64,000 nt of DNA from a virus. Lineage: Duplodnaviria; Caudoviricetes. The stretch's first letter is position 1. Each line of letters starts with the position of its first letter. The DNA is taken from the IMG/VR virus record IMGVR_UViG_3300025401_000648; one strand, given 5' to 3'. Under the pieces are notes generated by a model that did not search any database, had not been told where the DNA came from, and worked only from the letters and a program-made list of their open reading frames with translations. The position numbers and the translations under genes are program-made. This document shows, one piece after another, positions 18,807 to 29,230 of this stretch.

Positions 18807-19709
18807 ATGGGACGTCCAATTAAAAAGAGATTTTTTGTAAGAGGTGGTGGCGCTACACCCACTGATGTAGTTCAATATGAGGGTGTTACAGTCAGTATTA
18901 ATAATACTGGATCACACTATTCTTTAGGTGCTACAGCCAGTGTTTCAGCACCACAAGATGCAGCAGGGGTAACAGCCACTGTAGTTTTAACAGTTACAAC
19001 TACAACAAACGTAGGTGGCGGTTATGGTGGTTTTATCAGTGCCGCAACAATTGCAAATCCAGGTTCTGGATATAACGCAAACCCAACTGTTACAGTTGTT
19101 GCTCCAGCAACTCAAACTGCCACAGTAACAACAAGTTCAACTGCCACTATTACACTAAACGGTGTAAATGGTATCTATGTAGGTATGCAGGCATCAGGAA
19201 CAGGTATTAATGCCTCCACTACTTATGTTACAGCAGTTAATGTAGGTACAAATACAGTTACATTATCAAGAAACAATCAAGCAGGTAGTTTGATTGGTAA
19301 TGTTATCACATTTAGTGATGTTGGTGCTAGTGCTACATTCACAGTTGGTTTAACTCACGTTGAAACAGATACAAATACAATCGCTTGTACAGCTTATCTA
19401 ACAACTGGTTCTAGTGCTGTAAGTTCTGCTATTATCAAACAAGAAGCTGCACATCGTTATCTAGTTGAAAACAACCAAGGTCGTGGTACATGTAAATTAT
19501 CAACCGCCACTGTGTTAACAGCTGGTTTAATGACAATTACTGCTAAAGATACAAGTAATAATGTTTATTTTGTTACAAAATTGACTTCTAAGAAAGCACG
19601 TTTGTGGCAAAAATCTGGTAGCGGCTATTTGTTCAATAACGGACAAACTGTTCACTGGGTAACTGGAACAAACGTAGTTTCAACATTAGTTTCTATTGTA
19701 CTAAACTAA
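18807..19709 (+). CDS. Virion structural protein (possible capsid decoration or fibre)
   Basis: T/V/G/S-rich beta-type 300 aa directly after the capsid gene, with its own late promoter and terminator. Confidence 0.6.
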   Translation: MGRPIKKRFFVRGGGATPTDVVQYEGVTVSINNTGSHYSLGATASVSAPQDAAGVTATVVLTVTTTTNVGGGYGGFISAATIANPGSGYNANPTVTVVAPATQTATVTTSSTATITLNGVNGIYVGMQASGTGINASTTYVTAVNVGTNTVTLSRNNQAGSLIGNVITFSDVGASATFTVGLTHVETDTNTIACTAYLTTGSSAVSSAIIKQEAAHRYLVENNQGRGTCKLSTATVLTAGLMTITAKDTSNNVYFVTKLTSKKARLWQKSGSGYLFNNGQTVHWVTGTNVVSTLVSIVLN

Positions 19710-19723
19710 TATTTGATACTAAT

Positions 19724-19753
19724 ATGAAAAGGGCTCTTGTAGCCCTTTTTCAT
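19724..19753 (+). terminator. Rho-independent terminator
   Basis: ATGAAAAGGGCT-CTTGT-AGCCCTTTTTCAT. Confidence 0.8.
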
Positions 19754-19789
19754 TTTGTGCGTACACAAACAGATTAGGTAAATATTGGT

Positions 19790-20323
19790 ATGAGTACACT
19801 TTGGACATCGCCAACAACTATTACGCAGTATGATGAACCTGGCGCTGAACAAGGTTTAGAATTATCAAATGTTGCTTGGGACGATTCTCAAAATTTTGGT
19901 CAACTGATTTCTAATAGCGGATCATTGACTACTAAAGGACAGCTACAGCATATAGCTCGTGCGCCCAAGGTAGATTTAACAACAAAAACTTTTTATCTAC
20001 GACTTTCTGGATTCAATTTTGTTAATTTACCTGAAGTTCTTTCTGGAATACAACTAAGGCTAACTGCTAATAGGGGAGGACGAGTAACAGATGAAACAAT
20101 TCAACTCTGCCTAAACAATGCTGGCATCGGCGATAATTATGGCACACTTAATCTGGACCCAATAAAATTTTATGGTGGTCCCACAGATTTATGGAAAACG
20201 GAATTGAGTATACAAGATATAGTAGATCCAACATTTGGAGTAATTTTAAGATTCCAAGCACATCCAAGATATCCGCACCGAGACGGGGCCTATATCAACC
20301 ATGTTGAATTACAGATATTCTAA
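19790..20323 (+). CDS. Hypothetical virion protein
   Basis: 177 aa; TAAATA at 19779-19784, 5 nt before the ATG. Confidence 0.65.
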   Translation: MSTLWTSPTTITQYDEPGAEQGLELSNVAWDDSQNFGQLISNSGSLTTKGQLQHIARAPKVDLTTKTFYLRLSGFNFVNLPEVLSGIQLRLTANRGGRVTDETIQLCLNNAGIGDNYGTLNLDPIKFYGGPTDLWKTELSIQDIVDPTFGVILRFQAHPRYPHRDGAYINHVELQIF

Positions 20324-20351
20324 AACAATAAATACTCTAAAGGAATAAGAA

Positions 20352-23300
20352 ATGACCACTGTAACGGTATCCGGAACTCGAGTACAAACCCCGCAAGGGA
20401 TAACAAATTTATCCGCACCTAATGGCGGAGTTACCATCAGTTCTACTAACACGAACATTACAGGTAACACCAATATAGGCGGAAATACATTTATTTCCAA
20501 CACGCTGACGGTGGCATTACAGAGTACCTTAACTGGACAGGTAAGTATTCTATCTCCCTTGGCTTCTACCGGTACACAATCTGGCGGATTAACAGTTGTT
20601 GGTGGTGTAGGTATTGGCGGTGTAGTGTTTATTGGTAGTAATACTAATGTTGAGGGAAATTTAGATGTACAAGGTGTGACAACTATCACAGGAACATTAG
20701 AAGTTATGGGGTTGCTAAACACAGCCACAACTGCCACAACTGGTATTGTTATTAAGCCTAATTCAGACAACGTTGGTAATCCAATAAATCTTCTTTACAC
20801 AAATACTAACATTTATGACACTGCAGCTCATAGACAGCTAGGTGCTGTATATGTTAATGGTGGTGTTGGCATTGAAAAAGATCTAAACGTAGGTGGATTC
20901 ATCTACGGTCGTATTCAGCAAGCCACTACCTCACAAAGTTTCCAAGTTACCGCCACTAACGTTAATCAAATATTCTATCCAACATTTGCTCAATTTAGTG
21001 CTACAACAACTGGATCTGTTTATAGTCCCAATTATATTGATGATATATCTAGTGGTACTAACACTAGCACAGGTGGATTAACTTATAATCCATTTTTGGG
21101 TCAATTAACATCTGATCAAGTACAGGTAGCCGCTAACTATAATTCAACCAGCACAAATACTGGTGCTTTATTGGTTACTGGTGGTGCTGGTATTGGACAA
21201 GATGTTCATGTTGGTGGTAGAGCCTACGCAGAAGCAGTTTATACAAATTTATTGGCCAGTACACAAGGTGACATTGCTGTCAAACCAGCAGGTCAATTAA
21301 CTGACATTTTTGGTGATATTCGTGTTCGTGGTGTTAATCCTTTAGGTACAGGCCCAGTAGTTACTAATACATTGTATGTAACAATGGACGGTGATGATAC
21401 CAATGATGGTCGTGCTATGGACGCAAGTCGTGCTTGCCGTACCATTGGTGGCGCTATGAAGAGCCCATACTATCAACCAGGTACACAGATTCGAGTTAGT
21501 GCCGGACACTACTTTGAAAATAATCCATTGCCAATGAAGCCATATACCAGCGTTATGGGCAGTGACATTCGTACAACAGAAATTGAACCAATTAATAAGA
21601 CACAGGATTTGTTCCATGTAAATTCTGGTTGCTATTTGGCATTCATGCAGTTCTGTCAAGGACGTAGCGGATTGTTACCAGGTAACTATTATGCCAACGG
21701 CTATAATCGCGGTGCTTATGCTACTGCTTTCCCACCACAAACTGGTGCCAATAGAATTGATCTATTCCACTCACCATATATTCAGAACTGTACAAATCTT
21801 TCTGGACCATGGTTACAAGATGCTAGTCTATTCCAGCCTGATGGCACTGTTCAAGTTCCCATTGCTGTAGGTACTGCTACATGGGTAGCAAACACAACCA
21901 GTATGGTAGTTACTTTAGATCATTCAATATCTACAGGTACTATAGTACAAGGTATGTCAATGAATCAAGGTCCACAGCACAAAGGCTTCTTTGATGCTAG
22001 AACCTTGCTATTGGCTAATATACCATTTTTACAATCTCAAGTTGTTAGCTTTGTTGATCAAACATTTAATAGTGGTAGTTTTTCATATGACCAAGCACAG
22101 TGTTATCGTGACACTGGTTTAATTATTGATGCTATTGGTCTCGATATGTTATATCAAAGTCAAACAGAAACCACATTTGCTGGACTTCAATATTGGAGTC
22201 AAGATGTTGGATACACAGGTCTAATTGCTGAAGAAATTGCCACAACGACCAACGCAATTAGTTATTTTAGCACACTAACATTTGCTATTGCTGATGCGAT
22301 TGACGTAAGCGGAAATTCTTCTAACACACTAAGTAATTTATTTGGCGATATTTTAGAAATTTTGAATGTGGGTCCTGCTGATGCTTTTGGTACTGGCGTT
22401 TCAAATGCCTTTATCACGCCTAGCTTACCATCAACTGACGCAACCACTGTTGCTGTATATAATGCCTTGATTGCGGCTATACCTACTATTGCTTTGGAAA
22501 CTGTTAATTGGATCAATGCCAATAATCCGGGATTTGTTTATAGTACATCTACATGCTATCGAGATGTAGGCTACATGATTCAAAGTGTGGCCTTTGACTT
22601 GTTGACTAATAGCAACTGGCAAAGTATTAAATCTGGAGTTTACTACTACGGGTACGATTCAAGTCTTACAGCTATTCCAAACGAGATATCTCAAACCACA
22701 GTAGCATACGACTACATCAAAGCAATTATACCAAACATTGTACAAGGAAAACAATTAAGTACACAATTTAGTACAGCTACTCAGATTATCAACGGGTATC
22801 TCCCTGCTACTTCTTACGAATCAGCAACGCTTCAAAACAGTATTGATTATCTTACAAGCATTATTACCAACGGCCCAAGTGTGGCCGGAGCACAAGCACC
22901 TATCAATTATAACGAGTCAGGAAATATTGAAGTAATAAATGCTTGGAAATTATTAGAAGCCAATAGAAGTTTTATTCAAGCAGAAGTAGTTGCCTATGTT
23001 GACAGTCAATTCAATACATTCTCATACAATAGAGAATTGTGCTACAGAGATACTGGTATTTTAATTGAAAATGTATCTTATGATGCCACATTTGGCGGCA
23101 ACGCTAAATCTATTGAATCTGGCCTAGCATACTGGAACGGAGCAGTTAGTGTAATTGCTGGTCAACAACCACAGACAGCGGCAGCCATTAACTATCTAAA
23201 TTCACTGTGCCAACAAGTTATTACTAATACTACATGTACCATACTTGCCCCAGTATATGGAATATCATCTGGAACACAAGTCATCAACACTGTGTTGAAT

Positions 23301-26300
23301 CAAGGAGCAGTGGCCAGTTCTAGTATTGCTTCATGTTTTAATATTATCAGTACAATTATACAGAATGGACCAACTGCCGCACCTGAATCATTTAGTAGTA
23401 GTGCAGCTGATGCCGCATATCTAAGTGCTGAAGTATTGATGCAATTAAACAGAAAATTCATCCAGGAAGATACAATCAACTGGATTAACAATACCTTCCA
23501 AGCCTTCCCATATAATAAAGTAAAATGTGAAAGAGATATTGGAGTTGTTCTAAATTCTGTAATAGAAGATGTTTTATTCCCAACTAGTTCTTTCAGTCAA
23601 AGCACATTTGCTGGGCTACAATACTACAGTCAAAGCACAAGTACACAGTCGATTATACCTAACGAAATTAATCAAACAATAGAGGCTGTGGCGTACCTAA
23701 GCGATCTAAGTGCTAAAATTGTACAAAATATTACACCAGCAGATGATTTAGTGGCACGTTATCAAACAGCGGTTCCACAAGTCACTAATTTAACTCCAGC
23801 CAATGCTGCCGAAGCAGCCATTGTACAGGCAAACTACAATAATATTTTAAAAATATTAAATGGTCAAACCACTGGTTGGACTGATCAATTAGAATTTGGA
23901 TTCACAGCCAGCAGATTTTTAAGTGTCAAAAATGCCTATGCCTTATTACAGGCCAATAAAGCATATTTAGAAGCTGAAGTTGTGGCCTATATTAACGCAA
24001 CCAATCCTGGATTTAGTACTACATATAATCAAGCAACTTGTAAGAGAGACATTGGTTATATGACAGACTGTGTAAGTTTTGATTTGCTATATGGTGGTAA
24101 CAAACAAAGTATCCAAGCAGGTTTATACTACTATGGTTTCATAAGCACAGTGTCTAACATTGCGAATGAATCCACACAAACAGTAGCGGCATTTACATAC
24201 ATGTCAAACTTGGTTGGCGAAGTTATACAAAATATTCCTGTTATAGCATTGTCTACAGCTACACAAAATTTAGTGGCAGCGCCAGCAGTTACAAACACAG
24301 CAACGATTAATTTGTTTGCTCAGGCATTTAGTACCATAACAAATATTATTACTAATGGACCAAGTGTTGCCGCTGACGCAAGTCCTATTAGTCTAGTTGA
24401 AACAACATCAACTGATGCGCTAAATGCCCTAACAATTCTACAAGCTAACCTTAGCTTTATTCAAGCTGAAGTTTTACAATATATTGATAATGCTTATCAA
24501 TCAGTGCCTTATACCTACAACACCACAACATGTTATAGAGATACTGGGTTAATTATTGACAGCATTGCCACAGACATGTTGTACGATAGCATAAGCGAAA
24601 GTACATTTGCTGGCCTACAATATTGGAATCAAGGCGGTCTGACTGGATTAATTGGTGTTGAATTGACAACAACCACAGCGGCAATTAACTTTGCTAACTC
24701 ATTGACAGTGGCATTAATATCAGATACTGATGCGCAAGCAACTGTAACTGGATTGTTTAATCAAATTACATCCATATTAAATGGCGGAACAGCTGGAATT
24801 ACGGATCAAATAACTAGTAATGGCTTACCAAGCACAACTGGTACTATTGTCACGGCCTATAACACAATTCAAAACAATATTGCGTCAATACAGCAACAGA
24901 CTATAAATTGGATCAATTATACATATCCGTCATTTGTTTATAGTACATCAACTTGCTATAGAGACCTTGGTTATATTTTAAACAGTGTGAGTTTTGACCT
25001 ATTACACGGCGGTAACAAGCAAAGCATTAAATCTGGTGCTTACTACTATTCTTATATTTCCACAAGTAGTCAGGTATCTACAGAAATGCCTGAAGTTATT
25101 GCGGCTTATGATTTTGTTTCTGATCTAGTTCGTTATGTAGTACTGGCTGAGCCAGCACCTAGAGTATTCCAAACTGGCACTGTTCAGGTAACTACCTTGC
25201 CGGCAGCTACTAATGATGAAGTAGGTACCTTACAAGGTAATTTAACTGTTATCACTGATATTATCAGTAATGGTCCATCGGCAGCAGGGCCAAAATTACC
25301 AATTGGACAAACAATAGATTCAAATCCAAATGTTCTAAATGCCTACAATCTATTGGAAGCCAACAGATCATTTATACAAGAAGAAACAATAGCATTTATA
25401 AATGGCACATTTGTAAGGCCTGGTCCATCATTTAGTTATAATGAAGATCTATGCTACAGAGATACAGGATTAATTGTTGATGCTGTTTCGCAAGATGTAT
25501 TATTAGGTGGTAATCAGAAGTCTATCGAAGCTGGACTAGCATATTGGAATCAAGGTTACAATTATGTAACTGGACAAGAAACTACTACCACTTTAGCGAT
25601 TAGCCATGCTAGGGATTTAGCACTGAAAATTATTTCTAATGAACCAATAGTTGCTCAACCACAGACTGAAACTAAACAAATAATAAATCCGTTTTATAGT
25701 TATGGAAGCGCCTATATGCCTAAACAGGCAGTGGCTAGAAGTTTTAATATTGTAACAGATATTATTAATCGTGGGCCACTGTATGCTCCTATTTTATATC
25801 CAGGTAGCGGGTTAGTTAATACAACTGGATTAAATGCTTTAGATGTACAGATTGCTCCTAAGGTAACTAGTGTACAACAATTGACATCAAATACTTACTT
25901 GATAGGTATGAGTACATCAACAGTGGGATTTGGTGATTATGCTACACTATATTTTGGTGACACTTACATATGGCCTCTACAGGATCCTCAGGTTGAAGCA
26001 CTAGCACTTCAGTACACAGGTCATACTGGTACATGGGATCTACGTAAATTTGACCCAATTGGTGGTATGGGCGGATCTTTAGTTGACGGTGCTGTTATTA
26101 GTGATCGTAGTCCAATTCAATCTTTTGTTTATGATGCGTTTACACAATTGACACAAGGTGGTCGTGGTGTACATATTACCAATGATGGTTACGCACAGTT
26201 AGTTTCTGTGTTCACAATCTTCTCCAGTGTGGGTGTTCAAGTCGACAATGGCGGTATTGCTTCTATTGTTAACAGTAACGCTAACTTTGGTGATCTTTGC

Positions 26301-28820
26301 TTGGTTGCCAAAGGTTACGGGCTACGTAAATTCAGCGGTACTGTTTATAATCCTGCCTACATTGCTTACCCATATAGCCCAGGTCCAACTGGTTTAAATC
26401 AATACTATCCACAAGGCTTCTGGCCAAAGAACAGTAATGTTGAAATTTTCATTCCAGATCCTACTAATCGTCCGCACATATCATTGGTTATGGAAGTTGT
26501 ACCTCCAACTGAGTATATTAACTATGCTGGCAATGTTGTTCCGTACACAAACAGTCAAGGCTTCCCAGGATTCCTAAATGCTCAACCAAGTACAAGTACT
26601 ATAACAACTGGCAGTATCACAATCAATAACATTGATATAACCGGCATTGCTGTGGGCAATTTTGTATATATTACGGATCAATTTGGTTACACATACGATA
26701 GTTTCCCGTATGTTCATGATGAATTTGGTCGTTACTTAGATAGTAACGGTAATATAACCACCACAGTAACTAACTATATACCAAATGCGAATTACGGTAT
26801 TCAATATTTCACAACAGGTACCTATGTTACTGATGTCAACTATCAAAGTGTAACATTCAATTACGCTCTACCAACTGGCGGCGGATTTGCAGATAACCCT
26901 AACTATTTTACTTTCTACTTCTGTGGCAAGGCCTACTACACAGTATTGAGTAGTATTGTAGCAGACAATCCATATGTGACTGGTACAAATATTCTTTCTA
27001 CCAGCAATAGAAATATCACAGTGGATCAAGTAGAGGCACATATTAATTCATTAGAGTTTTTGAATGAGTTGGTTGATAATATTACAGGTAACATACCTGT
27101 ACAGACTATCCAAACTGGAACACAAACAAGTACACAAACATTCTTGTTAACGGTTCAAGGGGGAGCCGATGCTAACACATTCATTGATCTAAGATTCAAT
27201 GAAATGATAACAATCATTGGAGCCACATCAAGTACATATAACACAGTAGTGCCACCAAATCTAGTAAAGACATCTGGTACAATTCCACAAGGAGCAGGTA
27301 GTGCTATATCTCTAATAGAAGCAAATATGAGTTTCTTAGAAGATGAAATATCAGCATTTGTGGAAACATTGACCAATACCAGTACATTCTCATATAATCA
27401 AACAACATGTGCACGTGATTTGGGCTATGTTCTAAATGGCACATACTATGATGTTGCTCTTGGCACAAACTATAATGGTGTGACATCTGGTCTTGCTTAT
27501 GCTCGCGGTACTGCGTATGCTGTTACAGCAACTGAATTAGTAGCAACAATTAATGCTTATGATTTTGCTCAGCAACAAGCGGCGCAAGCATTGGCTAGCA
27601 ATGCTACAGCAGTGGCAAGAAGCACTGCCGAGTTTGATGAAATTAAAAATATTCTAGCTAATGGAGCGTCAGTGGCAAATGTTGTTACTTTCCCTGCTCC
27701 TACAAACGCTACAACTTCAACCATAAACGCTGTAGCACAATTAACTTCTAACAAGTCATTCCTACAATCTGAAATAATTGCTTGGATCGCAGCCAACTAT
27801 TCATATCTAACATATAATAGTGCGGCATGTTATCGAGATGTCGGTTTCCTAATTGACGCCATGTGTTATGATGTTATGTACGGTGGAAATAGTGCCACAC
27901 TAATTGCCGCTAACGCATACTTTAACAGCGCAGGACAGCTGGTAATCGCAGGCAGTGAAACAGCGGCTACCAGTGCGGCCTACTATTACTTGTCGCAAAT
28001 AGCTCAAAATGTTGTTTTAGGACAAACAGTAACACCGAGTGCTGGAAATACCCAAACGCAAAGTCAAAACGGTAATTACGGATCCAGTACACAAACAGGT
28101 CAAATATCCAATAATTTTGTCATAATTTACAGTGCCATTCAAAATGCCACTCCACCCACAGCCACACAAGTCAACCCTGATTTGTCATGGGTAGATTCTG
28201 GTATATTGGCCGCCGCCAATTATTTGGCAAGCCAACAAACAACTATTATAAATGACACAATTAGTTACATTAATACATCGTTTAACACAGGCCCCGGTAG
28301 CAATCAAATTAAATTGACTCCTGCTCAAGCATTGAAATGTAAGCGAGATATTGGTGTTACCCTACAAAGATTAATCTATGATTTAGAAACTGGGGGTAAT
28401 TACAACAGTGTACAGGTTGGATTAAGCTATTGGGCACAGGATGGTACTCATCATCTTGTGAGTTTAGGTGAAAATGTAACAGATGCTACATTATTCCCAG
28501 ATGGAGCAACAGTAAACTTCTATCAACGCAGTTACATTAGTGCGTCTGGATATGTATTTGAATATGTGGGTGCTGGCACTAACTACGGTGCTTTACCACA
28601 GTTTGGTATTGCTGATCCAGTACAGACTAAAGAAACTGTACAATTAGATACAGGTAAGGTGTTCTTTACCTCAACTGACCAAAACGGTGACTTCCGTATT
28701 GGTCCAGGGTTAGTTATCAGTCAAGCAACGGGTGTTCTAAGCGGTAGAACATTTACTAAATCGCTATTTGCTAATTTGACTCCATTTATCTTAGCAATTG
28801 AAGGCGGCGGAACATTCTAA
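20352..28820 (+). CDS. Giant virion structural protein with a split beta-helix-like region and 11 phycobiliprotein-like helical repeats
   Basis: 2822 aa. N-terminal fibre-like GAL.V.GG.G repeats, LYVTMDGDDTNDG beta-helix entry motif, 11 C-x-R-D-x-G repeats. TAAATA at 20329-20334. Confidence 0.8.
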   Translation: MTTVTVSGTRVQTPQGITNLSAPNGGVTISSTNTNITGNTNIGGNTFISNTLTVALQSTLTGQVSILSPLASTGTQSGGLTVVGGVGIGGVVFIGSNTNVEGNLDVQGVTTITGTLEVMGLLNTATTATTGIVIKPNSDNVGNPINLLYTNTNIYDTAAHRQLGAVYVNGGVGIEKDLNVGGFIYGRIQQATTSQSFQVTATNVNQIFYPTFAQFSATTTGSVYSPNYIDDISSGTNTSTGGLTYNPFLGQLTSDQVQVAANYNSTSTNTGALLVTGGAGIGQDVHVGGRAYAEAVYTNLLASTQGDIAVKPAGQLTDIFGDIRVRGVNPLGTGPVVTNTLYVTMDGDDTNDGRAMDASRACRTIGGAMKSPYYQPGTQIRVSAGHYFENNPLPMKPYTSVMGSDIRTTEIEPINKTQDLFHVNSGCYLAFMQFCQGRSGLLPGNYYANGYNRGAYATAFPPQTGANRIDLFHSPYIQNCTNLSGPWLQDASLFQPDGTVQVPIAVGTATWVANTTSMVVTLDHSISTGTIVQGMSMNQGPQHKGFFDARTLLLANIPFLQSQVVSFVDQTFNSGSFSYDQAQCYRDTGLIIDAIGLDMLYQSQTETTFAGLQYWSQDVGYTGLIAEEIATTTNAISYFSTLTFAIADAIDVSGNSSNTLSNLFGDILEILNVGPADAFGTGVSNAFITPSLPSTDATTVAVYNALIAAIPTIALETVNWINANNPGFVYSTSTCYRDVGYMIQSVAFDLLTNSNWQSIKSGVYYYGYDSSLTAIPNEISQTTVAYDYIKAIIPNIVQGKQLSTQFSTATQIINGYLPATSYESATLQNSIDYLTSIITNGPSVAGAQAPINYNESGNIEVINAWKLLEANRSFIQAEVVAYVDSQFNTFSYNRELCYRDTGILIENVSYDATFGGNAKSIESGLAYWNGAVSVIAGQQPQTAAAINYLNSLCQQVITNTTCTILAPVYGISSGTQVINTVLNQGAVASSSIASCFNIISTIIQNGPTAAPESFSSSAADAAYLSAEVLMQLNRKFIQEDTINWINNTFQAFPYNKVKCERDIGVVLNSVIEDVLFPTSSFSQSTFAGLQYYSQSTSTQSIIPNEINQTIEAVAYLSDLSAKIVQNITPADDLVARYQTAVPQVTNLTPANAAEAAIVQANYNNILKILNGQTTGWTDQLEFGFTASRFLSVKNAYALLQANKAYLEAEVVAYINATNPGFSTTYNQATCKRDIGYMTDCVSFDLLYGGNKQSIQAGLYYYGFISTVSNIANESTQTVAAFTYMSNLVGEVIQNIPVIALSTATQNLVAAPAVTNTATINLFAQAFSTITNIITNGPSVAADASPISLVETTSTDALNALTILQANLSFIQAEVLQYIDNAYQSVPYTYNTTTCYRDTGLIIDSIATDMLYDSISESTFAGLQYWNQGGLTGLIGVELTTTTAAINFANSLTVALISDTDAQATVTGLFNQITSILNGGTAGITDQITSNGLPSTTGTIVTAYNTIQNNIASIQQQTINWINYTYPSFVYSTSTCYRDLGYILNSVSFDLLHGGNKQSIKSGAYYYSYISTSSQVSTEMPEVIAAYDFVSDLVRYVVLAEPAPRVFQTGTVQVTTLPAATNDEVGTLQGNLTVITDIISNGPSAAGPKLPIGQTIDSNPNVLNAYNLLEANRSFIQEETIAFINGTFVRPGPSFSYNEDLCYRDTGLIVDAVSQDVLLGGNQKSIEAGLAYWNQGYNYVTGQETTTTLAISHARDLALKIISNEPIVAQPQTETKQIINPFYSYGSAYMPKQAVARSFNIVTDIINRGPLYAPILYPGSGLVNTTGLNALDVQIAPKVTSVQQLTSNTYLIGMSTSTVGFGDYATLYFGDTYIWPLQDPQVEALALQYTGHTGTWDLRKFDPIGGMGGSLVDGAVISDRSPIQSFVYDAFTQLTQGGRGVHITNDGYAQLVSVFTIFSSVGVQVDNGGIASIVNSNANFGDLCLVAKGYGLRKFSGTVYNPAYIAYPYSPGPTGLNQYYPQGFWPKNSNVEIFIPDPTNRPHISLVMEVVPPTEYINYAGNVVPYTNSQGFPGFLNAQPSTSTITTGSITINNIDITGIAVGNFVYITDQFGYTYDSFPYVHDEFGRYLDSNGNITTTVTNYIPNANYGIQYFTTGTYVTDVNYQSVTFNYALPTGGGFADNPNYFTFYFCGKAYYTVLSSIVADNPYVTGTNILSTSNRNITVDQVEAHINSLEFLNELVDNITGNIPVQTIQTGTQTSTQTFLLTVQGGADANTFIDLRFNEMITIIGATSSTYNTVVPPNLVKTSGTIPQGAGSAISLIEANMSFLEDEISAFVETLTNTSTFSYNQTTCARDLGYVLNGTYYDVALGTNYNGVTSGLAYARGTAYAVTATELVATINAYDFAQQQAAQALASNATAVARSTAEFDEIKNILANGASVANVVTFPAPTNATTSTINAVAQLTSNKSFLQSEIIAWIAANYSYLTYNSAACYRDVGFLIDAMCYDVMYGGNSATLIAANAYFNSAGQLVIAGSETAATSAAYYYLSQIAQNVVLGQTVTPSAGNTQTQSQNGNYGSSTQTGQISNNFVIIYSAIQNATPPTATQVNPDLSWVDSGILAAANYLASQQTTIINDTISYINTSFNTGPGSNQIKLTPAQALKCKRDIGVTLQRLIYDLETGGNYNSVQVGLSYWAQDGTHHLVSLGENVTDATLFPDGATVNFYQRSYISASGYVFEYVGAGTNYGALPQFGIADPVQTKETVQLDTGKVFFTSTDQNGDFRIGPGLVISQATGVLSGRTFTKSLFANLTPFILAIEGGGTF
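22040..28440 (+). repeat. Eleven C-x-R-D-x-G protein repeats
   Basis: Cys codons at 22101, 22554, 23040, 23526, 24039, 24531, 24954, 25452, 27408, 27828 and 28338. Confidence 0.9.
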
Positions 28821-28834
28821 TAAAAGGATAAATC

Positions 28835-29215
28835 ATGGCACAGTTACCATTAAATACGTTTAGATCAATGACAGCGGTATTGACCACAAGCTCAAGCACA
28901 ATTTATGTTGCTCCGGTTGGAGTAACCAGCATTGTACTAATGGCTCAGATATCAAATATAAGTACACAGACTACTGGGGTCAGTCTTATACATCATAGAA
29001 ACATTCCTATTCAGCAGAACGCACAAGGAAACAATGCTCAACCAGGCAACGTTGACAGCTATCTAATTGATCAGTTTGCTTTACCAACTAATGATGCGGC
29101 CAACGTATTGAGCGGTAAATTGATCATCGAAGCGCTGGACAGCATTAAGGCTTGGAGTACATCTCCAAATTCTGCTCAATTAGTTATGAGTATTTTGGAA
29201 AGTTCTAACGGTTAA
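28835..29215 (+). CDS. Small virion protein, probable partner of the giant protein
   Basis: 126 aa, AAAGGA RBS, beta-rich (IYVAPVGVTSIVLMAQISN), directly after the 2822-aa gene. Confidence 0.7.
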   Translation: MAQLPLNTFRSMTAVLTTSSSTIYVAPVGVTSIVLMAQISNISTQTTGVSLIHHRNIPIQQNAQGNNAQPGNVDSYLIDQFALPTNDAANVLSGKLIIEALDSIKAWSTSPNSAQLVMSILESSNG

Positions 29216-29230
29216 TATAGGAATAAAATC

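Noticed and set aside
20352-28820. The C-x-R-D protein as a host photosynthetic antenna gene (auxiliary metabolic gene)
   Set aside because: The repeats are embedded in a late-promoter-driven structural protein with fibre-like termini. No free-standing cpc/apc, linker or psbA gene is in the window, so a cyanobacterial host is not supported by this alone.
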